A stretch of DNA of 64,000 nucleotides from assembly GCA_036821485.1 (NCBI GenBank), contig DAISJM010000002.1, positions 3,771 through 67,770 on the forward strand, written 5' to 3'. How positions within the stretch are numbered: position 1 is the first letter of the stretch; every line of letters begins with the position of its first letter. The DNA comes from Verrucomicrobiota bacterium (GTDB lineage Bacteria > Verrucomicrobiota > Kiritimatiellia > CAIQIC01 > JAGNIJ01). The notes below the pieces were generated by a model that ran no database searches, was not told the DNA's origin, and saw nothing but the letters and a program-made list of their open reading frames with translations. Positions 8,904-17,092 of this stretch are shown here, one piece after another. Position numbers and translations under genes: made by a program.

Positions 8904-9231
8904 TTAGGGTCAGCCCTCACGGTCCCCCGCGGATGAATCCGACCGGGCGGGAGATGATGTTCTGTGCGAGAGAAGAAACGACGAGCAGTTCAAGAAGGCA
9001 GATACTTAGGAAAGAGAAATGAAACCCGAGTCGATGGACATGTTTCCGCGGCGCGAGACTCCGTCGCATGCGATGCTCCCCTTGGTGGGTCCTTTTCTAC
9101 ACCCAATCCCCGCTCTCTGACTAGGGGGGGTATCTTGTAGGATGTTCCTGACAAATGGTCCGCTCCATTCCGAGACTCGACAATCATCCCGGAAATCCGC
9201 ATTGTTCTGACAGGTGTAGCCCACAAGGAGC

Positions 9232-10080
9232 GTGGACATGATCAGAAGCATCCTCGTGTGTACGGACGGCTCGCCGCGCAGCGATGTCGCGGCCGATTAC
9301 GCCATCGACCTTGCCAAGCGTCTGAAAGCACGGCTCCTCGGACTCCACGTACTCGACCTGCGCCTCTTTGAGGGGCCTCTGCTGGCCGACCTCTCCGGCG
9401 CGATCGGCGCCCAGCCCTATTCCGACCAGATCGGCCGCTTCCGGGATTTCCTCACCCGGCGGGGTGAGGCGGTCATGACCGCCTTCGTCAGCCGCTGCAC
9501 CACCGCAGGTCTGCAAACCGAAAGCCTCATCCGTACCGGTCATCCGCCGCGCGTCATCCTTCAGGAGGAAGCCCACGCCGAATTGATCGTGCTCGGCCAG
9601 AAGGGCGAGCACGCGGATGTCATCGGCGAGATGATGGGGTCTACGGTAGAGCGCGTCATGCGCAACTCGGTCAAGCCCTGCCTCGTAACCCCGACCGAGT
9701 ACCAGCCGTTCTCGCGGATCCTCGCAGCCTTCGATGGAAGCACCCATGCAGGCCAAGCTCTCCGCGAAGCCGCCGAGCTGGCCATCGCCATGGATATCGA
9801 ACTTGTCGTGCTCACCGTGGGCGAGAATAGCCACGAGGGACAGACGGAGGAAATATCTCAGGACGCCAAGGATCTGGTGAAGCCCCACGGCGCGAAGGCG
9901 TCCTTCGTCACCGTGCACGGCAGGACCGCCGCCGCAATCCTGGAAACCGCGCGCAGCCACAAGTGCGGCCTGATTGCGTTGGGCGCGTACGGGCACAGCC
10001 GTATTCGCGAGATGGTGTTGGGCAGCACCACCACACAGGTGGTTTCACGGGCACACGTTCCCGTCTTAATCGTACGCTGA
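9232..10080 (+). CDS. universal stress protein, tandem UspA domains
   Basis: 282 aa with two Usp domains (ILVCTDGSPRSD..., ...HGRTAAAILE...GLIALGAYGHSRIREMVLGSTTTQVVSRAHVPVLIV). An AAGGAG ribosome-binding site lies 8 nt upstream. Confidence 0.85.
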   Translation: MDMIRSILVCTDGSPRSDVAADYAIDLAKRLKARLLGLHVLDLRLFEGPLLADLSGAIGAQPYSDQIGRFRDFLTRRGEAVMTAFVSRCTTAGLQTESLIRTGHPPRVILQEEAHAELIVLGQKGEHADVIGEMMGSTVERVMRNSVKPCLVTPTEYQPFSRILAAFDGSTHAGQALREAAELAIAMDIELVVLTVGENSHEGQTEEISQDAKDLVKPHGAKASFVTVHGRTAAAILETARSHKCGLIALGAYGHSRIREMVLGSTTTQVVSRAHVPVLIVR

Positions 10081-10089
10081 GATCGACCA

Positions 10090-11135
10090 TGCAGAACACA
10101 TTGTTCATCGTAATCCCGACCCTGGCCGTCATACTCGCCGCCGCATGGTGGATACGCCGCAGCATCCTGGCCGCCATCGCCAAGCCGCGCGACGACCAGT
10201 CGTTCGCCCTCCTCCAGAACCAGGTCAACGCCCTCAACACGCAGGTGGCGCAGGCCCTCGACAACACGCGGAAATCGATGGACGAGCGCCTCGACAACGC
10301 CGCGCGCGTCATCCAGGGCGTGAGCAAACAGCTCGGCCAACTCGACGAATCGTCCCGCCGCATTTTCGATATCGGCAAGGATATGGCCAGTCTGCAGGAA
10401 GTGCTCCGCTCGCCGAAGCTGCGCGGCAATATCAGCGAGCTGTTCCTCGAAGACCTCCTCGCGCAGATCCTGCCGCCGGACCATTACAAAATCCAGCACG
10501 CCTTCCGCGGCGGCGAAACCGTCGATGCCGCCATCGTACTGAAAGCCGGACTCGTTCCGGTGGACGCGAAGTTCCCCCTCGAGAACTTCCGGCTCGTGGT
10601 GGCTGCCGCAGACGATGAAGCGCGCAAGATCGCGCGGAAAACCTTCCTGCGCGATGTTAAAATCCACATCGATGCGATCGCCCAGAAATATATCCGGCCC
10701 GACGAGGGTACATTCGATTTCGCGCTGATGTACATCCCGGCCGAAAATGTCTACTACGAGACGATCATCAAGGATACCGACGGCACCGCGGACTTCTCCC
10801 TGTTCAACTACGCCCTCTCGAAACGCGTCATTCCCGTTTCGCCGAACAGCTTCTACGCCTACCTGCAGACCATTCTGCTCGGCCTGAAAGGCATGAAGGT
10901 GGAGGAAAGCGCGCGCGACATGCTCAACGCACTGGCCGCGTTGCACAAGGATTTCGAGCGGTTCGAGGAACCGTTCCGGCTCATCGGGAAGCATCTGGAG
11001 AACTCGCTCAAGCAGTTCGCCGACGCGGATAAGCGGCTCGGGAAACTCACGGGCCGCATGGAGCAAATCGACAGCGCCACCAAGGGCCTCAACGCACCAG
11101 AGGTTCCGCCTGCGATCCACGGCTCCCCGGAATGA
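10090..11135 (+). CDS. rmuC: DNA recombination protein RmuC
   Basis: Start at MQNTLFIVIPTLAVILAAAWW (N-terminal TM), coiled-coil region, and conserved RmuC C-terminal domain (...FDFALMYIPAENVYYE...). The track ORF has a spurious N-terminal extension to 9963. Confidence 0.85.
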
Positions 11136-13554
11136 TCGCCCCGGCCGACTCTGCATCGCGCCACGGTTTCGAGTCCTTGTAGCTCTCCACCATCTTCGCG
11201 AGCGTTGAGCCCGGCGCAAGCTCCTGCGCCCGCCCAGCCAGTTTCACAGCAGCTCCGAATTCGCCCACTTCGGCATGCGCCGCAGCTCGGACCGCCAGCA
11301 CCAGAGGATCCTTCTTATCGCTCAACCAGCCGGCCCGGTCCGCAAGTCGTACCGCCTCGGCGCCATTACGAACAGCGTCCTCCCGACACGTGGCGCGAAT
11401 CCACCCGAGAGCCACCAAGGCCGACGTCTGGTACGGAAGGTCCTGTAAGACATTCTCATACAGGTCGGCCGCTTCACGAAACTTGCCGCGCCGGACCAGG
11501 AGATCGGCCAACTTCTCCTTTGCACGCGCGAAGTGAGGCAACTCCTTCAACACAGCTTCGAGTCCATCACGCGCATCGTCCAACGCGCCCACGGCCAGCG
11601 CCAGCATCGCGCGGTTGTACAAGCCCTGCACGTTGCGTGGATGCTCGCGCACCACGCGCTCCAGCAAGGCGTAGGCATCGTCGAACCGGCTCATCGATGT
11701 GAAACTGCCCGCCAGGTTCACCTGCGCATCGACGTTCCGCGGATTAAGCTGCAGCGCGCGTTCGAAGAACGGCACGCTTGCGGGAATCGATCCAAGCCCC
11801 GCCAGCCTCGCCCCCACGCGGACAAAATCCCGATCGCGCCCACGCTTATCCACGCCCTCTTCCAAGGTTTGGAGAGCGGCGCCCCGGTCGCCCGCGCGCG
11901 CCTGCGCCTCCGCCAGTTGGAGCTTCAGATCGTGACACCACGGCGCGATTTCGCCGGCCGACTGCAGCACGGGTACCGCCGCCGCACCATCTCCGACGTC
12001 CATCAACAACCGCGCAAAATTCTGCCGCATCATCCAATCGTCGGGCCGCGCGGCCATCGCGCGTTGGTAAAGGTCCCTTACTTCATCGCCGCCCGCAGGC
12101 CGGGCCGCCCGCGCCTTCTCCTGCCACAGGTACACCGCTTCCTCGTTGAAGGCCTGCCGGATAAACGGCGCCCGCTTTGATCGCTCGCAAATCTCCAGGT
12201 ATGTCTTCGCTTCATCCGCGGCCGAAAACGCGATCTGTTCCTTGCACGCGTCCATCGACGGGACTGCATCCGACCCACCCAACCCCAACAGCAAGCCCAC
12301 GCCATCCAGCAGCCGCGATGCCACCCGGTAGTTGCCCTCGAACGAGAAATGTACGTGATCGAGGAAGACACCGTCCCCCAGCAACTCGGGGTCCTCGGTC
12401 AGGTTCAGCAAGGCGAATCGCGGCCGCGAGCAGTCGGACACCGCGAAGATGATCTCGTTGATCCGCGTATCGGCCCGAAACCGCAGCGCATCGAGATCAC
12501 GCGCCGCCTCATATTCCGCCATCGCGTCCTGCCCCAGTCGCTCCATGCACCGCGCACGACGATAGCGCAGCTCGGCATATTCATCATCCAAGCGACTCGC
12601 CTCATCATACGATTTCAGCGCGTCCTTCCAGTCGGCAGATGCCTCGCAGCTGGTTCCATCCGCCCACGCTTTTCCCCACGCCGCGAGGTCCGCTGCGGCC
12701 AGCCCGCGGCGATGCTGCGACGCAAACGGCGGACACACGCGCAGGTTCACCGCGACGGTGCACAGCAACACCCCTGCTTTTGCATCGCCGGCGAAACTCA
12801 TAATGTCGCGCAAGTTCGATTCAAAATGGCTGTAGGCCGCCTCCAACGCGGGATCGTCATGAGCCACCAGCGTCTGCGAAAACATCGAGAGCCCTTCCCA
12901 TTCCGGCAGGCCCCGATCGCCCTTCGCAAGCTGCACGCCGGCGTCGAGCAACTGCCCCACGCGCGTCGCGCGATAGAACATATTCGCGCGGATATACGGC
13001 AGGCTACCCGAGAACGTGCGGAACGTGGTCCCCGGCCCGTACGGCCCGAGGATCTCGTTGTTGCCCATGTAGATAACGAAGAGGTCCGGCTCCGCCTGGG
13101 CACAGGCACGCGCAATCTCACGCACCGCATGCGAGTTGATCGCCGTCATCGCGACATTGACCAGTTCCACCTGCGCGTCCGGATAACGCTCGCGGAGCAT
13201 CACGTCCAATATCCGCGTGAAACTGTAATTGCCGGCAGGGTCGCCAAGCGCCGCCGATTCGCCCAGCACAAAGACGCGGCGGACGCCTGCCGGTTTCGGG
13301 GTTTGCAGGGCCAAATCGAGCGGCGCGCGCGCAATGGCCCGCGGAAAGAACCGCCAGCCGAAACGCTCGTTGACGTGCAACACAGTCCTGCCGTCTGCCA
13401 GCCGCATCGGTACCAGAAAAGCCGAGGGATATCCCCATCCCGCGATGCGCAGCCCAATTTCGAGACAGCCCACCACCAAAGCCGGGGCGAGCAGCGCCAG
13501 AAGCGCCCGCTTGGCCCAAATTGCACCGCGTCCTGTCCGTCCGCCTGTCGTCAT
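11089..13554 (-). CDS. SGNH/GDSL-hydrolase-like N-terminal domain fused to a long TPR-repeat region
   Basis: 821 aa. N-terminal signal anchor, VFVLGESAALG and YMGNNE motifs typical of SGNH hydrolases, and many TPR-like repeats in the C-terminal two thirds. Its 3' end overlaps the rmuC 3' end by ~47 bp (convergent). Confidence 0.7.
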   Translation of the reverse strand: MTTGGRTGRGAIWAKRALLALLAPALVVGCLEIGLRIAGWGYPSAFLVPMRLADGRTVLHVNERFGWRFFPRAIARAPLDLALQTPKPAGVRRVFVLGESAALGDPAGNYSFTRILDVMLRERYPDAQVELVNVAMTAINSHAVREIARACAQAEPDLFVIYMGNNEILGPYGPGTTFRTFSGSLPYIRANMFYRATRVGQLLDAGVQLAKGDRGLPEWEGLSMFSQTLVAHDDPALEAAYSHFESNLRDIMSFAGDAKAGVLLCTVAVNLRVCPPFASQHRRGLAAADLAAWGKAWADGTSCEASADWKDALKSYDEASRLDDEYAELRYRRARCMERLGQDAMAEYEAARDLDALRFRADTRINEIIFAVSDCSRPRFALLNLTEDPELLGDGVFLDHVHFSFEGNYRVASRLLDGVGLLLGLGGSDAVPSMDACKEQIAFSAADEAKTYLEICERSKRAPFIRQAFNEEAVYLWQEKARAARPAGGDEVRDLYQRAMAARPDDWMMRQNFARLLMDVGDGAAAVPVLQSAGEIAPWCHDLKLQLAEAQARAGDRGAALQTLEEGVDKRGRDRDFVRVGARLAGLGSIPASVPFFERALQLNPRNVDAQVNLAGSFTSMSRFDDAYALLERVVREHPRNVQGLYNRAMLALAVGALDDARDGLEAVLKELPHFARAKEKLADLLVRRGKFREAADLYENVLQDLPYQTSALVALGWIRATCREDAVRNGAEAVRLADRAGWLSDKKDPLVLAVRAAAHAEVGEFGAAVKLAGRAQELAPGSTLAKMVESYKDSKPWRDAESAGAIIPGSRGSQAEPLVR

Positions 13555-13667
13555 GACGCCCTGTCAGTACCACATCCGGCACGCCAAGGTGAAGCCAAGG
13601 TTACGGCTCCAAACGCGAACTTTGTCGCTTGAGCCTGCCGGATTTACCCCCTATTCTACGCGCATTC

Positions 13668-14546
13668 ATGACGACTCCGATCATAGCTTTTGCAAATCAA
13701 AAGGGCGGCGTGGGCAAGACCACCACGGTCGTCAGCCTGGCCGCGTGCCTCGCCGAACGGCGCAAGAGGATACTCCTCGTCGACCTCGACCCGCAGGCCA
13801 ATGCCACCAGCGGCCTCGGCATGGAGAAGGTCGAGGGCCAAAGCATCTACCACGCACTCCTCGGCGAGAGCCCCGCGGAACCTCTCATCAAGTCCACCGC
13901 CATGGAGCGGCTCGACATCATCGGCTCGGAAGTCGATCTCGCCGGCGCGGAAGTGGATATCGCCCGCTCCGACCGATATCTGCATCGCTTCAAGGAAACG
14001 ATCACTCCTGTCGCCGACAGCGGCCGCTACGATTACATCTTCGTCGACTGCCCGCCCTCGCTGGGCATCCTGACCATGAACGCATTGACCGCCGCCGAGT
14101 CCATCATCATCCCTCTGCAGTGCGAATACTTCGCGCTCGAGGGCCTGAGCGTGATCACCCGACTCGCCGAGCGGCTGCGCGACAGCGGCGCCAACCCCGG
14201 GCTGCGCGTGGAAGGCATTGCGATGACGATGTACGACATGCGGACGAACCTCTCCCAGCAGGTCGTTCAGGAAGTGGTCTCCCATTTCGGCAATCTCGTC
14301 TACGAAACGCTCATCCCACGCAGCGTGCGCCTCAGCGAAGCACCGAGTTTCGGCAAGCCCATCATCCTCTACGACCGCAACTGCACCGGGTCCGCAGCCT
14401 ATCGCCAACTCGCCCGCGAATTTCTCGACCGTCGACGCATGGGAATCCCGGGCATGCCGGAAGAAGAAATCGTCGAGGAAGAATCCGAGCCCGTTGAGGA
14501 ACAGCCGGCAGAATCGCCGGCCGAAGACCAGCCGCCGGCGCAATAG
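13668..14546 (+). CDS. parA: ParA/Soj-family partition ATPase (orphan, no adjacent parB) with acidic C-terminal tail
   Basis: MTTPIIAFANQKGGVGKTTTVVSLAA... has the deviant Walker A KGGVGKTT. Soj-like throughout. The C-terminus is EEEIVEEESEPVEEQPAESPAEDQPPAQ. The alternative upstream ATG at 13629 is less likely. Confidence 0.85.
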   Translation: MTTPIIAFANQKGGVGKTTTVVSLAACLAERRKRILLVDLDPQANATSGLGMEKVEGQSIYHALLGESPAEPLIKSTAMERLDIIGSEVDLAGAEVDIARSDRYLHRFKETITPVADSGRYDYIFVDCPPSLGILTMNALTAAESIIIPLQCEYFALEGLSVITRLAERLRDSGANPGLRVEGIAMTMYDMRTNLSQQVVQEVVSHFGNLVYETLIPRSVRLSEAPSFGKPIILYDRNCTGSAAYRQLAREFLDRRRMGIPGMPEEEIVEEESEPVEEQPAESPAEDQPPAQ

Positions 14547-14566
14547 GCGGCCGCCGCGCCACACAT

Positions 14567-14647
14567 TTTTCCAATGATTGGAAAAATGGCATTCAGATTT
14601 TCCAACCCTTGGAAAAACAGCGACAGAATTTTCCAAGGGTTGGAAAA
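14567..14647. promoter_or_regulatory. three tandem copies of the 19-bp palindrome TTTTCCAA-N3-TTGGAAAA at 31-bp phasing
   Basis: 14567-14585 TTTTCCAATGATTGGAAAA; 14598-14616 TTTTCCAACCCTTGGAAAA; 14629-14647 TTTTCCAAGGGTTGGAAAA, which is the exact reverse complement of copy 2. They lie in the convergent gap between the parA stop (14546) and the def stop (14648). Confidence 0.6.
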
Positions 14648-15208
14648 TCAGCCCGTCTCGAGCGCCTCGCGCGTTTCCTTCTTCAGCCGCTTGAGTTGAC
14701 CGGACAACGCGATGCGCTTGATGCGCGACATGCGGTCCACGAGAAGCACGCCGTTGAGATGATCGATTTCGTGTTGCGCCACGCGGGCCACGAATTTCTT
14801 CAACCGCAGTTCCTGCGGCTTGCCTTTGAGATCCAGAAATTGAACCGTCACTTCGACCGACCGCGACACCGGCGCATATATATCGGGGAAGCTCAGGCAC
14901 CCCTCGTCGGCCACTTCCTTCTCGCCTGAAAAATCGGTGATCTTCGGATTGACCAGCACCAGCGGCATCGTCACGCCCGGATTGAGTACAACCCCATCTT
15001 CGGAACGATCCATCTCCAGCGGCACTTCGATGACGCAAATCGCGTCGGTACTTCCCACCTGCTGGGCAGCCAACCCGACTCCCCGCTCGAGCCGCATGGT
15101 CTCGATCATATCCTTCGCCAGCGTGCGAATGTTGTCGTCCACCTCGCGAACCGGGACCGCCGGCTCTCGAAGGACCTCGTCGCCATACGTATGGATAGCC
15201 TTCTTCAA
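14648..15208 (-). CDS. def: peptide deformylase
   Basis: 186 aa with the conserved motifs GVGLAAQQVG, EGCLSFP and QHEIDHLNG. Confidence 0.95.
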   Translation of the reverse strand: MKKAIHTYGDEVLREPAVPVREVDDNIRTLAKDMIETMRLERGVGLAAQQVGSTDAICVIEVPLEMDRSEDGVVLNPGVTMPLVLVNPKITDFSGEKEVADEGCLSFPDIYAPVSRSVEVTVQFLDLKGKPQELRLKKFVARVAQHEIDHLNGVLLVDRMSRIKRIALSGQLKRLKKETREALETG

Positions 15209-15304
15209 ATCGGTAAACCTTTCCCTGTCACAATACCTTTTCCATCGAGCAAATCAACCGGTTCCACTTGCCGTTTGCGGGGTCTTTCCATAGAGTATGG
15301 GCGC

Positions 15305-16069
15305 ATGAACCGCATCCTGATCGTCGTACCGACCTATAACGAGAAGGAGAACATTCGCGAGATCGCGCAGGCCATTCTGGCCGCCTGCCCGCAAGCCAAT
15401 ATCCTTTTCGTGGATGATAATTCCCCGGACGGCACCGGCCGCATGGCCGATGAGATGAGCCAGGCCGACCAGCGTATTCAGGTTCTGCACCGCAGTGGCA
15501 AGCAAGGTCTGGGCCGCGCCTACCTTGCCGGTTTCAAGTGGGCCCTTGAGCGTGACTACGAATTCATCTTCGAGATGGATGCCGATTTCTCCCACAACCC
15601 GGCCGACCTGCCCCGTTTGCTGGAGGGCGCTCAGTCGGCCGACCTCGCATTGGGCTCCCGCTACATCGGCGGCATCCGCGTCATCAACTGGCCCCTGAGC
15701 CGGCTCTTCTTGAGCAAAGGCGCCGCCGTCTATGTCAGACTGATCACGGGGATGCCGTTCACAGACCCGACCGGCGGATTCAAGTGCTATCGCCGCGCGG
15801 TGCTGGAGACCATCAACCTGGAACATATCAAATCCAACGGATACTCATTCCAGATCGAAATGACACACACGGCATGGCGCAAGGGCTTCCACATCGTGGA
15901 GGTTCCGATCACGTTCGAGGAACGTCGCTCCGGTTTTTCGAAAATGAGTTCGCATATCGTACGCGAAGCGTTGTGGATGGTGTGGAAGTTGCTCCTTCGC
16001 TCGGGATTCCGGCGCAGCCCCGGCCAGCGCAACGCCCGAAGCGCTATCGCCCACGGAGCCCCGTCATGA
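15305..16069 (+). CDS. GT2 family polyprenol-phosphate mannosyl/glycosyltransferase (Dpm1-like)
   Basis: MNRILIVVPTYNEKENI...FVDDNSPDGT...EMDADFSHNP; Dpm1/Ppm1-like. Start chosen at the internal Met at 15305. Confidence 0.8.
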   Translation: MNRILIVVPTYNEKENIREIAQAILAACPQANILFVDDNSPDGTGRMADEMSQADQRIQVLHRSGKQGLGRAYLAGFKWALERDYEFIFEMDADFSHNPADLPRLLEGAQSADLALGSRYIGGIRVINWPLSRLFLSKGAAVYVRLITGMPFTDPTGGFKCYRRAVLETINLEHIKSNGYSFQIEMTHTAWRKGFHIVEVPITFEERRSGFSKMSSHIVREALWMVWKLLLRSGFRRSPGQRNARSAIAHGAPS

Positions 16070-16968
16070 GCAAGCCCTGGCTTCTCAGTCTCTTCCAAGC
16101 GCTGCGCCCGAAACAGTGGACCAAAAACGCGGTCGTGTTTGCCGCATTCTTCTTCGCGCTCGGCGACCGCAACCAACAGGTCGGCCTCGCCGCTTTCTGG
16201 ATTGCCGTGCAAGCCACGCTGCTCTTCTGCGTGGTCTCAAGCGGAATCTACCTCATGAACGACGTCCGAGATGCGCCGTGGGATCGCGCACACCCGACGA
16301 AGAAGTTTCGCCCCATCGCTGCGGGCGAGGTATCGCCCGCCGCAGCTCTCGTCGCCGCCGCCCTGCTCCTCGCAGCAGGCATGACCGGCGCGTGGTTCCT
16401 GTCGCACAACTTTGCCGCCGTTCTACTGTCCTACATCGGTCTGCAAATCGTGTACACGCTGGTGCTGAAGCAGGTCGTTCTGTTGGATCTTTTCGTCATC
16501 GCGGCCGGGTTCGTGCTGCGGGCCATGGCCGGCGCCGTCGCTGTCAACGTCACTATCTCGCCCTGGCTCCTGCTGTGCGCCATGTTGCTGGCCCTGTTCC
16601 TGGCCCTGTGCAAACGCCGCCACGAGAAGGTGGTCGTGGGCGACACCGCCGGCGAAACCCGGGCCAATCTCGGCCGATACGATGAGCGACTGCTGGATCA
16701 GCTCATCGCCGTGGTCAGCGCCGCGACGCTGGTCTTCTACGCGCTCTACACGCTCTGGCCCGATACGGTACAGAAGTTCGGCAACGCCCGGCTGGCATTC
16801 ACCATCCCCTTCGTCATCTTCGGCCTCTTCCGCTACCTCGACCTGGTCTACCGGCACGACAAGGGCGGCCACCCGGAACAAATCCTGCTCACGGATGCCC
16901 CCCTTCTGGTGGACCTCCTGCTCTACGGCGCCACCGTCTTCGTGCTCCTCTTTGTCGCCCACCCGTAA
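16066..16968 (+). CDS. UbiA-family prenyltransferase (decaprenyl-phosphate phosphoribosyltransferase-like)
   Basis: MSKPWLLSLFQALRPKQWTKNAVVFAAFFFA...; polytopic membrane protein with UbiA-type Asp-rich motifs; 4-nt ATGA overlap with the upstream GT2 gene. Confidence 0.75.
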   Translation: MSKPWLLSLFQALRPKQWTKNAVVFAAFFFALGDRNQQVGLAAFWIAVQATLLFCVVSSGIYLMNDVRDAPWDRAHPTKKFRPIAAGEVSPAAALVAAALLLAAGMTGAWFLSHNFAAVLLSYIGLQIVYTLVLKQVVLLDLFVIAAGFVLRAMAGAVAVNVTISPWLLLCAMLLALFLALCKRRHEKVVVGDTAGETRANLGRYDERLLDQLIAVVSAATLVFYALYTLWPDTVQKFGNARLAFTIPFVIFGLFRYLDLVYRHDKGGHPEQILLTDAPLLVDLLLYGATVFVLLFVAHP

Positions 16969-17092
16969 GTTTGTTGAACACCCCCGTTCCCGCGTTGTCG
17001 AAGGGGTATAAGTTCTTGACGGTAGGGCACTAAAAGCCATACCTTCCTGTGCTCACGGACTCGAAATAAGGGCTCTTTATCAGGCAAAATCT

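Noticed and set aside
8904-9231. Possible small ORFs (78 and 81 aa, minus strand) in the 330-bp gap upstream of uspA
   Set aside because: They are overlapping frames with no ribosome-binding site or motif. The region more likely holds the usp promoter and 5' UTR, with AAGGAG 8 nt before its ATG.
9858-11219. 453-aa minus-strand ORF overlapping uspA and rmuC
   Set aside because: It is antisense to two genes with clear domain signatures, low-complexity and Arg-rich, with no motif.
14567-14647. Reading the TTGGAAAA...TGGCAT...TTTTCC region as a sigma-54 -24/-12 promoter
   Set aside because: The -12 GC dinucleotide is absent, and the region sits between two gene 3' ends with nothing to transcribe.
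14567-14647. Palindromes acting as rho-independent terminators for parA and def
   Set aside because: The stems are A/U-rich 8-bp with 3-nt loops and lack flanking U-tracts, so they would be weak RNA hairpins. Three phased copies fit protein binding better.
13656-15038. 460-aa minus-strand ORF covering parA, the repeat region and part of def
   Set aside because: It is antisense to parA, runs through a convergent gap with no promoter for it, and has no domain signature.
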